A DNA stretch of 42,486 nucleotides from an uncultured Novosphingobium sp. (GTDB lineage Bacteria; Pseudomonadota; Alphaproteobacteria; Sphingomonadales; Sphingomonadaceae). The notes below the pieces were generated by a model that did not search any database, had not been told where the DNA came from, and was given only the letters and a program-made list of their open reading frames with translations. Location: positions 1-42,486 of the forward strand of contig CALLNA010000284.1 in NCBI GenBank assembly GCA_938005655.1, in the 5' to 3' direction. Position numbers and translations under genes: made by a program. Positions 17,735 to 27,503 of the stretch are shown piece by piece; the stretch's first letter is position 1, and the number at the start of each line of letters is the position of its first letter.

Positions 17735-20229
17735 CCGGCGCCGCCTTCACCCTCGACCGCCGCGAGGCGCTGACCCTGGCCGCCGGCGCCTCGCTCCTGC
17801 CGCTGGCAAGCGAAGCCCTGGCCGCCCCTAAGGCCGCATCGAGCCAGAGCGCGGAAGGCCCGCTCGCGGCCCGGCGCGACCAGCCGTTCAACCTCGGCTG
17901 GCGCTTCTTCCGCGGCGAGAGCCCCGGCGCCGAGCAGCCCGGCTTCGACGACGGCGCCTGGCGCGGCGTCGACCTGCCGCACGACTGGAGCATCGAGGAC
18001 GTTCCGGGCGGCACCACCGGCCCCTTCACCAAGGAGTCCAAGGGCGGCACCGCCACCGGCTTCACCGTCGGCGGCGAAGGCTGGTATCGCAAGCGTTTCC
18101 GCATCGATGGCCTGCCCGCCGGGGCGCGGGTCGAAATCCTGTTCGACGGAATCTATCTCGACAGCGAGGTCTGGCTGAACGGGCAGCGCGTAGGCGGCTG
18201 CGTCAACGGCTACCAGCCCTTCGCCTGCGACCTGACGCCCCACCTGCGCCGCGGCGAGGACAACGTGCTCGCGGTGCGCGTGCGCAACCTCGGCAAGAAC
18301 AGCCGCTGGTACGCGGGCTCGGGCATCTATCGCGAGGTGCGGATCGACGTCATGCCCCCCGGGGCCCGGCTCGCCCGCTGGGGCGTCGGCGCCTGGACCC
18401 GGCGGCTGGAAGGCGGCACGGCGAGCATGGACGTCGCCACCCGGATCGAGCAGGCCGACCCCGCACTCCAGCTCGTGACCCGCCTGCGCGACGCGAGCGG
18501 CAAGGTCGCCGCCGAGGCCGCCACGCCCGCCGCGGGCGAGGTCAGGCAAACGCTCTCAGTGCGCGCGCCGCGCTTGTGGTCGCCCGACGATCCGCAGCTC
18601 TACACCCTCGAGACCGAGCTGCGGCGCGGCGCGGCGGTGGTCGACCGCATCGCCCAGCCCTACGGCATCCGCATCGTCACCTTCGACGCGCGGAGCGGCA
18701 TGGCGATCAACGGCGCGCGCATCGTGCTGCGCGGCGGCTGCCTGCACCACGACAACGGCCTGCTCGGCGCCTGCGCCTTCCGCGACGCCGACGAGCGCCG
18801 CCTGCGCCTGCTCAAGGCGCGCGGCTTCAACGCGATCCGCAGCGCGCACAACATCGCCTCGCGCTCGCTGCGCGAGGCCTGCGACAGGCTCGGCATGCTG
18901 CTGATCGACGAGGCCTTCGACGCCTGGTTCTCGGCCAAGGAGCCCGAGGACTTCTCCGTCCACTTCCGCGACCACTGGCGGGAGGTGGTCGAGACCATGG
19001 TCCTCGCCGCGCGCAACAGCCCGAGCGTGATCCTGTGGAGCATCGGCAACGAGATTCCCCAGCGCGCCACCGACGAGGGCGTGGAATGGGAATGGAAGCT
19101 CGCCAACGCGATCAAGCGGATCGACCCGACCCGCCCCGTCACCGCCGGCCTCAACGGCCTGCTCGGCGCGCCGATGACCGCCGGGGCGGAGACCGCGCGG
19201 CCGGGCTTCGCCGGCAAGGTCGACAATGCCTCGGCAATCTTCCTCGACGTGCCGGGCTACAACTACCGCCTGGAGGACATCGAGCCCGAGGGGGCGACGC
19301 ATCCCGAGCGGGTTGTCTATGCTTCCGAGACGTTCCCCAAGGAGGCCTGGGACTATGCCCGGCTGACGGAAAACATGCCCGGCTTCCTCGGCGAGTTCCT
19401 GTGGACGGCGATGGACTATATCGGCGAGGCCGGGGTCGGCGCGGCGACCAACATCTCGGTCGGCGGCGTCGCCTACAACCTGCCGAGCTGGCCCTGGGTC
19501 AACGCCTGGTGCGGCGACGTCGACCTGATCGGCAACCAGAAGGCCCCGTCGCGCTATCGCGACGTGGTCTGGGGCCTGAGCCGGCTCGAAATGGCGGTCC
19601 AGCGCCCGGTGCCCGAGGGCAAGCGCGAGTTCATCTCGCAATGGGGCTGGTCCGACGAGCTCCAGAGCTGGAACTGGGCGGGCAGCGAGGGCAAGGCGCT
19701 GGCCGTGCGCCTCTACACCCCCGGCGACCGCATCGAGCTGCTGCTCAACGGCGCCAAGGTCGGCGAGCAGGCGCTGGCCGCCGCCGACAAGCTGCGCGCC
19801 GAGATAAAGGTGCCCTATGCCCCCGGCGTGCTCGAAGCCGTGGCCTACCAGGGCGGCCAGGTCATCGCCCGCAAGCGCCTGGAGACCGTCGGCGCCCCGG
19901 CGAAGCTGCGCCTCACCGCCGAGCGGACGAGCCTGCCCGGCGACCGGCAGTCGCTGGGCTACGTCCATGTCGAGATCGTCGACGCCCAGGGCCGTCCCCT
20001 GCCCGACGAGAAGCGCAAGGTGACGATGACTATCGACGGCCCCGCCGACCTCGCCGGCTTCGGCAGCGCCAACCCCTTCGCGGTCGGCTCGTTCCAGCAG
20101 CCGGAGGCCGAGACCTTCCACGGCCGCGCCCTCGCGATCCTGCGCGGCCGGAGCGCGAAGGGCGGCGTCCGCATCTCGGCCCGGGCCGAGGGGCTGGCGC
20201 CCGCCTCCACCCATCTCACCCTCATCTGA
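17731..20229 (+). CDS. Glycoside hydrolase family 2 (beta-galactosidase-like), Tat-exported
   Basis: Twin-arginine leader LDRREALTLAAG; LPHDWSI, SRWYAGSGIYR, GGCLHHDNG, NAIRSAHN, WSIGNE (acid/base), YASET, WTAMDYIGE. Confidence 0.92.
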   Translation: MTGAAFTLDRREALTLAAGASLLPLASEALAAPKAASSQSAEGPLAARRDQPFNLGWRFFRGESPGAEQPGFDDGAWRGVDLPHDWSIEDVPGGTTGPFTKESKGGTATGFTVGGEGWYRKRFRIDGLPAGARVEILFDGIYLDSEVWLNGQRVGGCVNGYQPFACDLTPHLRRGEDNVLAVRVRNLGKNSRWYAGSGIYREVRIDVMPPGARLARWGVGAWTRRLEGGTASMDVATRIEQADPALQLVTRLRDASGKVAAEAATPAAGEVRQTLSVRAPRLWSPDDPQLYTLETELRRGAAVVDRIAQPYGIRIVTFDARSGMAINGARIVLRGGCLHHDNGLLGACAFRDADERRLRLLKARGFNAIRSAHNIASRSLREACDRLGMLLIDEAFDAWFSAKEPEDFSVHFRDHWREVVETMVLAARNSPSVILWSIGNEIPQRATDEGVEWEWKLANAIKRIDPTRPVTAGLNGLLGAPMTAGAETARPGFAGKVDNASAIFLDVPGYNYRLEDIEPEGATHPERVVYASETFPKEAWDYARLTENMPGFLGEFLWTAMDYIGEAGVGAATNISVGGVAYNLPSWPWVNAWCGDVDLIGNQKAPSRYRDVVWGLSRLEMAVQRPVPEGKREFISQWGWSDELQSWNWAGSEGKALAVRLYTPGDRIELLLNGAKVGEQALAAADKLRAEIKVPYAPGVLEAVAYQGGQVIARKRLETVGAPAKLRLTAERTSLPGDRQSLGYVHVEIVDAQGRPLPDEKRKVTMTIDGPADLAGFGSANPFAVGSFQQPEAETFHGRALAILRGRSAKGGVRISARAEGLAPASTHLTLI

Positions 20230-20243
20230 CAGGTTAGCAGCGA

Positions 20244-21806
20244 ATGATCGACGGTTCGGTTCTCATCGGCTCCCAGGCCATCCGGCGCGAGGCCGCCTTC
20301 CACGCGGTCGATCCCGCGACGGGCGAGACGCTCCCGCAAGGTTTCGCCGAGGCAACGGCGGAGGATGTCGCGCGGGCCTGCGCGCTCGCCGCCGCGGCGG
20401 CCGACAGGTTCGGCGGGCTGGAGCCCCGCGCGCGCGGCGCCTTCATCGAAGCGGCGGCCGAGGCGATCCTGGCGATCGGCGACGTCCTAGTCGAGACCGC
20501 CATGTCCGAGACCGGCCTGCCCCGCGTCCGCCTCGAAGGGGAGCGGATGCGGACAGGCAACCAGCTCCGCATGTTCGCCGCCGAGCTGCGCGAGGGGCGC
20601 TGGCTCGACGCGACGATCGACCCCGCCCTGCCCGACCGCGCCCCGCCGCGCGCCGACCTCCGGCGGATGAACCTGCCGCTCGGCCCGGTCGCGGTGTTCG
20701 GAGCGTCGAACTTCCCGCTGGCCTTCTCGGTCGCGGGCGGCGACACCGCCGCGGCCTTCGCCGCCGGCTGCCCGGTCGTGGTCAAGGGCCATCCGGCCCA
20801 TCCCGGCACCGGCGAGCTGGTCGCCCGCGCCGTGCAGCGCGCCGTGGCCGAAGCCGGCCTGCCCGAGGGCGTGTTCTCCTACCTGCCGGGCCGCGCGAAC
20901 GCGCTCGGCGCGGCGCTGGTCGCCGATCCGCGGATCAAGGCGGTGGGCTTCACCGGCTCGCGCGCCGGCGGCCTCGCCCTGATGGACATCGCCGCGCGGC
21001 GGCCCGAGCCGATCCCGGTCTATGCCGAGATGAGCAGCATCAACCCGGTCGTCCTCATGCCCGCCGCCCTCGCCGCGCGGGCCGAGGCGCTGGGCGCGGC
21101 CTTCGTCGGCTCGCTGACGCTCGGCGCGGGGCAGTTCTGCACCAACCCCGGCCTGGTCCTCGCCGTCGAAGGCCCGGACCTCGACCGCTTCGCCGCCGCC
21201 GCTTCGGACGCCCTCGCCGGGATCGAGCCGCCGGCCATGCTGACGCCCGGCATCCACGCCGCCTGCGGCCGGGGCCTCGCCGCGCTGGAGACCCGTGCCG
21301 CCCGCCTCGCCACGGGCCAGGCGGCCAGCGGGCCCAACCGCTGCTCCGCCGCGATCTTCTCCGTCTCGGCCGAGGCCTTCATGGCTGATCCCGCCCTGGG
21401 CGAGGAGGTATTCGGCGCCGTCTCCCTGATCGTGCACTGCCGCGACCTGGCCGAGCTGGCCGAGGTCGTCGCCGGGCTCGAAGGCCAGCTCACCGCCTCG
21501 CTCCAGCTCGATCCCGCCGACGAAGGCGCGGCCGCCGCGATCCTGCCGCTGCTCCAGCAGAAGGCCGGCCGGGTCCTCGCCAACGGCTGGCCGACCGGGG
21601 TCGAGGTGACGCCCGCGATGGTCCACGGCGGGCCGTTACCGGCGACCTCGGACGGGCGCTCGACCTCGGTCGGCACCCTCGCCATGGCGCGCTTCCTGCG
21701 GCCGGTCTGCTGGCAGGACATCCCCGACGCCCTGCTGCCGCCGCCGCTCCAGGCCGCCAACCCGTGGCAGCTGCCGCGCCGGGTCGACGGGGAGTGGCAG
21801 GCATGA
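20244..21806 (+). CDS. NADP+-dependent aldehyde dehydrogenase, alpha-ketoglutaric semialdehyde dehydrogenase-like
   Basis: FGASNFPLAFSVAGGDTA, KGHPAHP, GFTGS, AEMSSINP, GQFCTNPG, EEVFG, NGWPTGVEV, HGGP. Confidence 0.9.
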   Translation: MIDGSVLIGSQAIRREAAFHAVDPATGETLPQGFAEATAEDVARACALAAAAADRFGGLEPRARGAFIEAAAEAILAIGDVLVETAMSETGLPRVRLEGERMRTGNQLRMFAAELREGRWLDATIDPALPDRAPPRADLRRMNLPLGPVAVFGASNFPLAFSVAGGDTAAAFAAGCPVVVKGHPAHPGTGELVARAVQRAVAEAGLPEGVFSYLPGRANALGAALVADPRIKAVGFTGSRAGGLALMDIAARRPEPIPVYAEMSSINPVVLMPAALAARAEALGAAFVGSLTLGAGQFCTNPGLVLAVEGPDLDRFAAAASDALAGIEPPAMLTPGIHAACGRGLAALETRAARLATGQAASGPNRCSAAIFSVSAEAFMADPALGEEVFGAVSLIVHCRDLAELAEVVAGLEGQLTASLQLDPADEGAAAAILPLLQQKAGRVLANGWPTGVEVTPAMVHGGPLPATSDGRSTSVGTLAMARFLRPVCWQDIPDALLPPPLQAANPWQLPRRVDGEWQA

Positions 21807-22783
21807 CGCGCTCGCTGCTCCAGTTCAAGCGCAACGGCGTGCGCGGGGTCGCCGCGCTCGACGCGCAAGGGCAGGCCTGGCTGGTCGAGGACGCGCCCTC
21901 GACGCTCGCCCTCGCCGCCGAGGCCCTGGCCACGGGCACCCCGCTGGCCGAGCTGGTGACGGAGCGCTGCCGGGAACGGCTCGATCTCGCCGAGGTTACG
22001 CTGCTCGTCCCGATCGACCATCCCGATCCGGCGCACCTGCTGGTCAGCGGCACCGGCCTCACCCACCTCGGCTCGGCCGAGGGCCGCGACAAGATGCACA
22101 AGGCCGCCGCGGCGGGCGAGAACCTCACCGATTCCATGCGGATGTTCCTGATGGGCCTCGACGGCGGCAAGCCCGCGCCGGGCGAAGCCGGGGTCGCGCC
22201 CGAATGGTTCTACAAGGGCGACGGCGCAATCCTGGTCGGCCCCGACCAGCCGCTGACCATGCCGCACTTCGCCGGCGACGGGGGCGAGGAGCCGGAGATC
22301 GCGGGCGTCTACCTGATCGATCCGCAGGGCCGCCCGGCGCGGATCGGCTTCGTCCTCGGCAACGAGTTCTCCGACCATGTGAGCGAGCGGGTCAACTACC
22401 TCTGGCTCGCCGGCTCCAAGCTGCGCCAAGCGGCGATCGGCCCCGAGCTGCTGCTCGGCGAACTGCCCGCCGACGTGCACGGCGTCAGCCGCATTCGGCG
22501 CGGCGACGCCGTGCTGTGGGAGAAGCCCTTCCTCTCGGGCGAGGCCAACATGTCGCACACGGTCGCCAACCTCGAGCACCACCACTTCAAGAACGAAGCC
22601 TTCCGCCGCCCCGGCGACCTGCACGTCCACTTCTTCGGCACGGCCACGCTCTCGTTCAGCGACGGGGTAGAGACGCGCGAGGGCGACCTGTTCGAGATCA
22701 TGGCCGACGCCTTCGCCCTGCCCTTGCGCAATCCGCTCGCCCGCGCTCCCGCCGAGCCGCCGGTCCAGGTCCGCGCGCTGTGA
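21803..22783 (+). CDS. araD1: AraD1/GguC FAH-family protein (putative 2-keto-3-deoxy-L-arabinonate dehydratase)
   Basis: SGTGLTHLGSA, TDSMRMF..GLDGGKP, PEWFYKG, GGEEPEI, GNEFSDH, SGEANMSH, HFFGTATLSF. Confidence 0.85.
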   Translation: MTRSLLQFKRNGVRGVAALDAQGQAWLVEDAPSTLALAAEALATGTPLAELVTERCRERLDLAEVTLLVPIDHPDPAHLLVSGTGLTHLGSAEGRDKMHKAAAAGENLTDSMRMFLMGLDGGKPAPGEAGVAPEWFYKGDGAILVGPDQPLTMPHFAGDGGEEPEIAGVYLIDPQGRPARIGFVLGNEFSDHVSERVNYLWLAGSKLRQAAIGPELLLGELPADVHGVSRIRRGDAVLWEKPFLSGEANMSHTVANLEHHHFKNEAFRRPGDLHVHFFGTATLSFSDGVETREGDLFEIMADAFALPLRNPLARAPAEPPVQVRAL

Positions 22784-23709
22784 GCGGGCCGCTGCGCCTC
22801 GGCATCGTCGGCTACGGCAAGATCGCGCAGGACCAGCACGTCCCGGCCATCGCCGGGAACGACGGGCTGGAGCTGGTCGCCGTCGCCAGCCGCCACAACC
22901 ATGCCCCCGGCCTGCCCAACTACGCCAGCCACCAGGAGATGCTCGCCACCGGGCCCGCGCTCGACGCCGTGGTGCTCTGCCAGCCGCCGCAGGCACGGTT
23001 CGAGGCGGCGCGCGACGCCCTGCTCGCGGGCAAGCACGTCTTCCTCGAAAAGCCGCCGGGCGCGAGCCTGTCCGAAGTCGAGGCGCTGATCGCCCTCGCC
23101 CGCCGGCAGGGGGTGGCCCTGTTCGCGAGCTGGCACTCGCGCTACGCCCGCTGCGTCCCGGCGGCGAAGCGCTGGCTGGCCGAACGCCGGATCGACCGGC
23201 TGACGATCACCTGGAAGGAGGACGTCCGCCACTGGCATCCGGGCCAGGAATGGATCTGGCAGCCCGGCGGCTTCGGGGTGTTCGATCCGGGCATCAACGC
23301 CCTCTCAATCCTCACCGAGATCGTTTCCGAGCCGATCCGGCTGATCGCCGCCGCGCTGGAGACGCCAGTGAACAGGCAGGCGCCGATCGCCGCGCGGCTG
23401 GAGCTGGCGACGGCGGACGGCGTCCCGATCGCCGCCGAGTTCGACTTCCGCCAGACCGGCCCGCAGAGCTGGGACATCGTGGTCGAGGCGGGCGGCGAGA
23501 CGCTCTGCCTGGGCCACGGCGGCAACAGCCTGAGCCTGGCCGGCGCGGGCGACGATGGCGACATCGACGGCGAATACCCGGCGCTGTACCGGCGCTTCGC
23601 CGCGCTCGTCCACGAGCGGGGCATCGACGTCGACCTCGCCCCGCTGCGACTGGTGGCCGATGCCTTCCTTCGCGGGCGCACTTGCCCTACCGACGCGTTC
23701 GAAGACTGA
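22780..23709 (+). CDS. Gfo/Idh/MocA oxidoreductase (D-galactose/L-arabinose 1-dehydrogenase-like)
   Basis: GTG start overlapping the upstream stop; GIVGYGKIAQDQH, LEKPPG, WKEDVRHWHPGQEWIW, GVFDPGINALS. Confidence 0.9.
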   Translation: MSGPLRLGIVGYGKIAQDQHVPAIAGNDGLELVAVASRHNHAPGLPNYASHQEMLATGPALDAVVLCQPPQARFEAARDALLAGKHVFLEKPPGASLSEVEALIALARRQGVALFASWHSRYARCVPAAKRWLAERRIDRLTITWKEDVRHWHPGQEWIWQPGGFGVFDPGINALSILTEIVSEPIRLIAAALETPVNRQAPIAARLELATADGVPIAAEFDFRQTGPQSWDIVVEAGGETLCLGHGGNSLSLAGAGDDGDIDGEYPALYRRFAALVHERGIDVDLAPLRLVADAFLRGRTCPTDAFED

Positions 23710-23722
23710 AAGGAGCATTCGA

Positions 23723-24442
23723 TTGGCGGAACGGGCGCGCGACGATCAGGGCCGGGCGCTGCGCATCCACCAGTCGCTCGCCCGCCAGCTCGGCACCGCG
23801 ATCCTGAGCGGCGAGTACCGGCCCGGCGACGTGCTAGGCGGCGAGATCGAGCAGTCGCTGGCGCTGGGCGTGTCGCGCACCCCCTATCGCGAGGCGATCC
23901 GCATCCTCGTCGCCAAGGGCCTGCTCGAAAGCCGGCCCAAGGCCGGGACCCACGTCACCCCGCGCGAGCGCTGGAACCTGCTCGATCCCGAGGTGCTGGC
24001 CTGGATGTTCACCGGCACCCCGGACCCCGCCTTCATCCGCGACCTGTTCGAGCTGCGCGGCCTGCTGGAGCCCGCCGCCGCGCGCCTCGCGGCCGAGCGG
24101 CGCAGCCCGGAACAACTGTCGGAAATGGCTGCCGCGCTCGCCGCCATGCGCGACCACGGCCTCGCCACGGACGAGGGCCGGGCGGCGGACCAGCGGTTCC
24201 ACCGCGCGATCCTGGCGGCCTCGGGCAACCTCGCCCTCGCCTCGCTGGCCAGCTCGGTCGGTGCGGCCGTGCAATGGACGACGCATTTCAAGCAGCGCGC
24301 CAGCAAGCGCCCGCGCGATCCGCAGCCCGACCACGAAGCCGTCTATGACGCCATCGCCGCCGCCGACCCCGGCCGCGCCGATCGAGCGATGACCGACCTC
24401 CTGCGCCTCGCCTTCGAGGACACGGCGGCCGCGCTGCCCTAG
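23723..24442 (+). CDS. FadR/GntR-family transcriptional regulator
   Basis: AAGGAG RBS then TTG; wHTH GVSRTPYREAIRILVAKGLLESRPKAGT; FCD domain WNLLDP, ELRGLLEP, DQRFH. Confidence 0.92.
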   Translation: MAERARDDQGRALRIHQSLARQLGTAILSGEYRPGDVLGGEIEQSLALGVSRTPYREAIRILVAKGLLESRPKAGTHVTPRERWNLLDPEVLAWMFTGTPDPAFIRDLFELRGLLEPAAARLAAERRSPEQLSEMAAALAAMRDHGLATDEGRAADQRFHRAILAASGNLALASLASSVGAAVQWTTHFKQRASKRPRDPQPDHEAVYDAIAAADPGRADRAMTDLLRLAFEDTAAALP

Positions 24443-24578
24443 AAGCCTGCGATCCTGGGCGCCGCGAAATGCGCGTAGTCGCCTCGATACCCGTCGTTAA
24501 CCAAGAATTTCCCAAGAAATCCTAGCCCTGCTGGGGACCGCCGCCCGAGCGGCCGCTTCTCAGGACAGTCCGCAGCCC

Positions 24579-25610
24579 ATGAAACCTGCCCGGCTTTCAT
24601 CGATCGCGCTCTGCCTCATTCTCCACGCTCCGGCCCTGGCGGAAGGGCTGGCCCCGACCTTCATCGAGACCGCGCCCACGGGCCACCAGAAGGTCTGGCA
24701 CGCGACGCTCGACCTGCGGGACCTGCCGCCGGACAGCCGCCCCTCCGCCATCGGCGCCGGAATCGACGCGCGCGGCCTGCCGCCGGGCGTCAGGGGGCCG
24801 CTGCGCGTCACCATCGCCATCAACGGCGTGGTCGCCGGACAGCGGACGATCGAGCCCGGCACGACCACCCGGATCGAGACCACGGTCGAGGATCGGCTCC
24901 TTTCCACCCGCAACCGCGTTTCCGTCGCCGTCACCGCGCTCGCGCAGTCCTGTCCGGCGGCGGCCTGCGACCTGACCGGCATCGCCCTCACCGGCCCGAT
25001 CGACTACGCGCTGGACGCAGCGGCGGCCCGGCCGGAGAGCTTCGCCCACTATGTCACGCGCTTCCGCCGGGGCGTCGCCCTCGAGGTGGCCGAGGCGCGC
25101 GATCGCCCGCTCGGCGCGATGGCGCTGGCGGCGATCGCTCCGCGCGCGCCGCTACGGCCCGAGGGGCCGTACGAGATCGTCGTCAGCCGCGACCTGCCAG
25201 CGGGGGCGCAGGCGCCGGTCCGCTTCGACACCGGCCCGGTCGGAATCGCGGATCGCGACGGCCGGGTGCTCTACGACCGCGCGGCGCTCGACCGCCTCAC
25301 ACTGGTCCAGCTCGCCCGGCGAGGAGACCGCGCGCTGCTCTGGGTGCGGCCGGGAACCGACGCCCTGCCTGCCGGGCCGCTCCAGCTCGACTACGGCGAC
25401 GTCGCCCTGTTCGGCACGCAGGGCCGCGAAATCGCCTTCGCCGCGGGCCGCGATCACGCCGTGACCGTGGCCTACGCCGCCCATGCCCTGCGCGAGGCAC
25501 GCACCGCCCTCTACTGGCGGCTGGCGGTCGCGGCCGTCTGGCTGGCGGCGAGCCTGGGCTTCGTCCTCGTCCTGCGGCGGATGGCGCCGCCCCGGCCGGC
25601 GGCGGCCTGA
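24579..25610 (+). CDS. Periplasmic protein with C-terminal membrane anchor (BcsB-like co-polymerase candidate)
   Basis: Signal peptide; beta-sandwich-like segment (VTIAINGVV...LLSTRNRVSV...C..AAC); single C-terminal TM followed by RR; first gene of a coupled operon with a GT2. Confidence 0.6.
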   Translation: MKPARLSSIALCLILHAPALAEGLAPTFIETAPTGHQKVWHATLDLRDLPPDSRPSAIGAGIDARGLPPGVRGPLRVTIAINGVVAGQRTIEPGTTTRIETTVEDRLLSTRNRVSVAVTALAQSCPAAACDLTGIALTGPIDYALDAAAARPESFAHYVTRFRRGVALEVAEARDRPLGAMALAAIAPRAPLRPEGPYEIVVSRDLPAGAQAPVRFDTGPVGIADRDGRVLYDRAALDRLTLVQLARRGDRALLWVRPGTDALPAGPLQLDYGDVALFGTQGREIAFAAGRDHAVTVAYAAHALREARTALYWRLAVAAVWLAASLGFVLVLRRMAPPRPAAA

Positions 25611-25613
25611 GCC

Positions 25614-27503
25614 ATGGGCGTCCTCTCCCCCAGCGACATCTGGACCGGCGACTACCTGGTCGAGAACGGCTTGATCTCGCTCCCCCAGCTCGACGAGGCG
25701 AGCGACCTCGCCGAGCAGTGGGACAGCTCGCTGTCCGACGTGCTGATGTCGCGCCGCTGGGTGCGCCCGATCGACTACTACCGCGCCCTGGCCGACCGCT
25801 TCGGCATCGATTTCGTGGACCTGCGCGCCGATCCGCCCGACCCGGCGGTGCTCTCTGAGGACGAGGTCGAGCGCTACGCCCGCGAGTTGACCCTGCCGTG
25901 GAAGCGGCGCGGCAACCGCCTGGTGATCGCCACGGCGCGCCCCGGCCCGGAGGCGATCCTCTATGCGCGCAGCCGCTGGGGCAGCGAGATCGACATCGTC
26001 CTGACCGCCAAGTTCGACATCCTCTGGTCGCTCCAGCGCATCTTCGGCGACGCCCATTCGCGCCGCGCGGTCCACGAGCTGGCCGAGCTCGACCCCGAGA
26101 TGTCGGCCCGCACGGTCTTCACCCGGTCGCAGATCCTGGTTGCCTGGGCGATGCTCACGGCCTTCTGCCTGGGGCTCTGCCTGGCTCCGGTCGCGACCCT
26201 GATCGCGCTCAACGCGGTCATGGGGCTGTTCTACCTCGGCAACTTCGTCTTCAAGGGAATCCTCGTCTGGTTCGGCGCTCGCCGCCAGCAGGACAACGCC
26301 ACGGCGCTCGACGCCGAGGTCAGGCTGCTGCGCGACGAGGACCTGCCGACCTTCACCATTCTCGTGCCGATGTTCAAGGAGCCGGAGGTTCTGCCGATCC
26401 TGGCCGGGGCGCTGCGCCGGCTCGACTATCCGCAGGCCAAGCTCGACATCAAGATCGTGCTCGAGGAAGGCGACCACGAGACGATCGAGGCGGCCAAGGC
26501 CCTGGGCCTGGAAGGCATCTTCGAGATCGTCCGGGTGCCCGCCTCGCAGCCGCAGACCAAGCCCAAGGCCTGCAACTACGCGCTGCGCTATGCCCGCGGC
26601 GACTACCTCGTGATCTACGACGCCGAGGACCAGCCCGAGCCCGACCAGCTCAAGAAGGTGGTCGTCGCCTTCCGCCAGTCGCCGGACAACACCGCCTGCA
26701 TCCAGTGCCGGCTCAACTACTACAACGCCGAGGAGAACTGGCTGACCCGCCTGTTCACGCTCGACTACTCGCTGTGGTTCGACCTGATGCTGCCCGGGCT
26801 GGAGCGGCTGCGGATACCGATCCCGCTGGGCGGCACCTCGAACCACTTCAAGACCGGGGTGCTGCGCGAGCTGCGCGCCTGGGACCCGTTCAACGTGACC
26901 GAGGACGCCGACCTCGGCATCCGCATGACCCAGAAGGGCTACCGCGTCGGGGTGATCGACGCGACGACCTTCGAGGAAGCCAACGTCTCGCAGTCCAACT
27001 GGGTCCGCCAGCGCTCGCGCTGGATCAAGGGCTACATGCAGACCTTCCTGGTCCATACCCGCCGCCCGATTCACCTGGTGCGGACGATCGGGCCGCTGGG
27101 GACGCTGGGCTTCATCTTCTTCATCGGCGGGACCATGCTGTCGGGCCTGCTCAACCCGCTGTTCTGGGCCATCTTCGGCTTCTGGGCGGTGACGCAGACC
27201 AGCGGCTTCGACATCGTCTTCCCGCCGCTGCTGCTCTACATGGCGCTGTTCAACCTGATCCTCGGCAACGGGATGTTCGTCTACCTGATGATGCTGGCTC
27301 CGTTCCGGCGGCGCTGGCTCAGCCTGGTGCCGTTCAGCCTGACGGTGATCTGGTACTGGGCGCTAATGTCGGTCGCCGCCTGGAAGGGCCTGTGGCAGCT
27401 CGTCACCAAGCCCTTCTACTGGGAGAAGACCCACCACGGGCTGTCGAAGTTCACCGCCGGAGAGGTGGCCGAGGCGCTGCGGCCGGAGCAGGCCCCGGCA
27501 TGA
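25614..27503 (+). CDS. Processive GT2 glycosyltransferase with N-terminal MshEN/T2SSE_N-like domain
   Basis: N-terminal GDYLVENGLI...LSDVLM...ALADRFGIDFVDL; LVPMFKE, TKPKACN, YDAED (DxD), GGTSNHF, TEDAD, QRSRW (QxxRW), C-terminal TMs, WEKTHH. Confidence 0.9.
   Translation: MGVLSPSDIWTGDYLVENGLISLPQLDEASDLAEQWDSSLSDVLMSRRWVRPIDYYRALADRFGIDFVDLRADPPDPAVLSEDEVERYARELTLPWKRRGNRLVIATARPGPEAILYARSRWGSEIDIVLTAKFDILWSLQRIFGDAHSRRAVHELAELDPEMSARTVFTRSQILVAWAMLTAFCLGLCLAPVATLIALNAVMGLFYLGNFVFKGILVWFGARRQQDNATALDAEVRLLRDEDLPTFTILVPMFKEPEVLPILAGALRRLDYPQAKLDIKIVLEEGDHETIEAAKALGLEGIFEIVRVPASQPQTKPKACNYALRYARGDYLVIYDAEDQPEPDQLKKVVVAFRQSPDNTACIQCRLNYYNAEENWLTRLFTLDYSLWFDLMLPGLERLRIPIPLGGTSNHFKTGVLRELRAWDPFNVTEDADLGIRMTQKGYRVGVIDATTFEEANVSQSNWVRQRSRWIKGYMQTFLVHTRRPIHLVRTIGPLGTLGFIFFIGGTMLSGLLNPLFWAIFGFWAVTQTSGFDIVFPPLLLYMALFNLILGNGMFVYLMMLAPFRRRWLSLVPFSLTVIWYWALMSVAAWKGLWQLVTKPFYWEKTHHGLSKFTAGEVAEALRPEQAPA

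Noticed and set aside
24495-24512. TTAACCAA upstream of the glycan operon as a CtrA site
   Set aside because: Only one half-site; the second half at N7 reads TTTC
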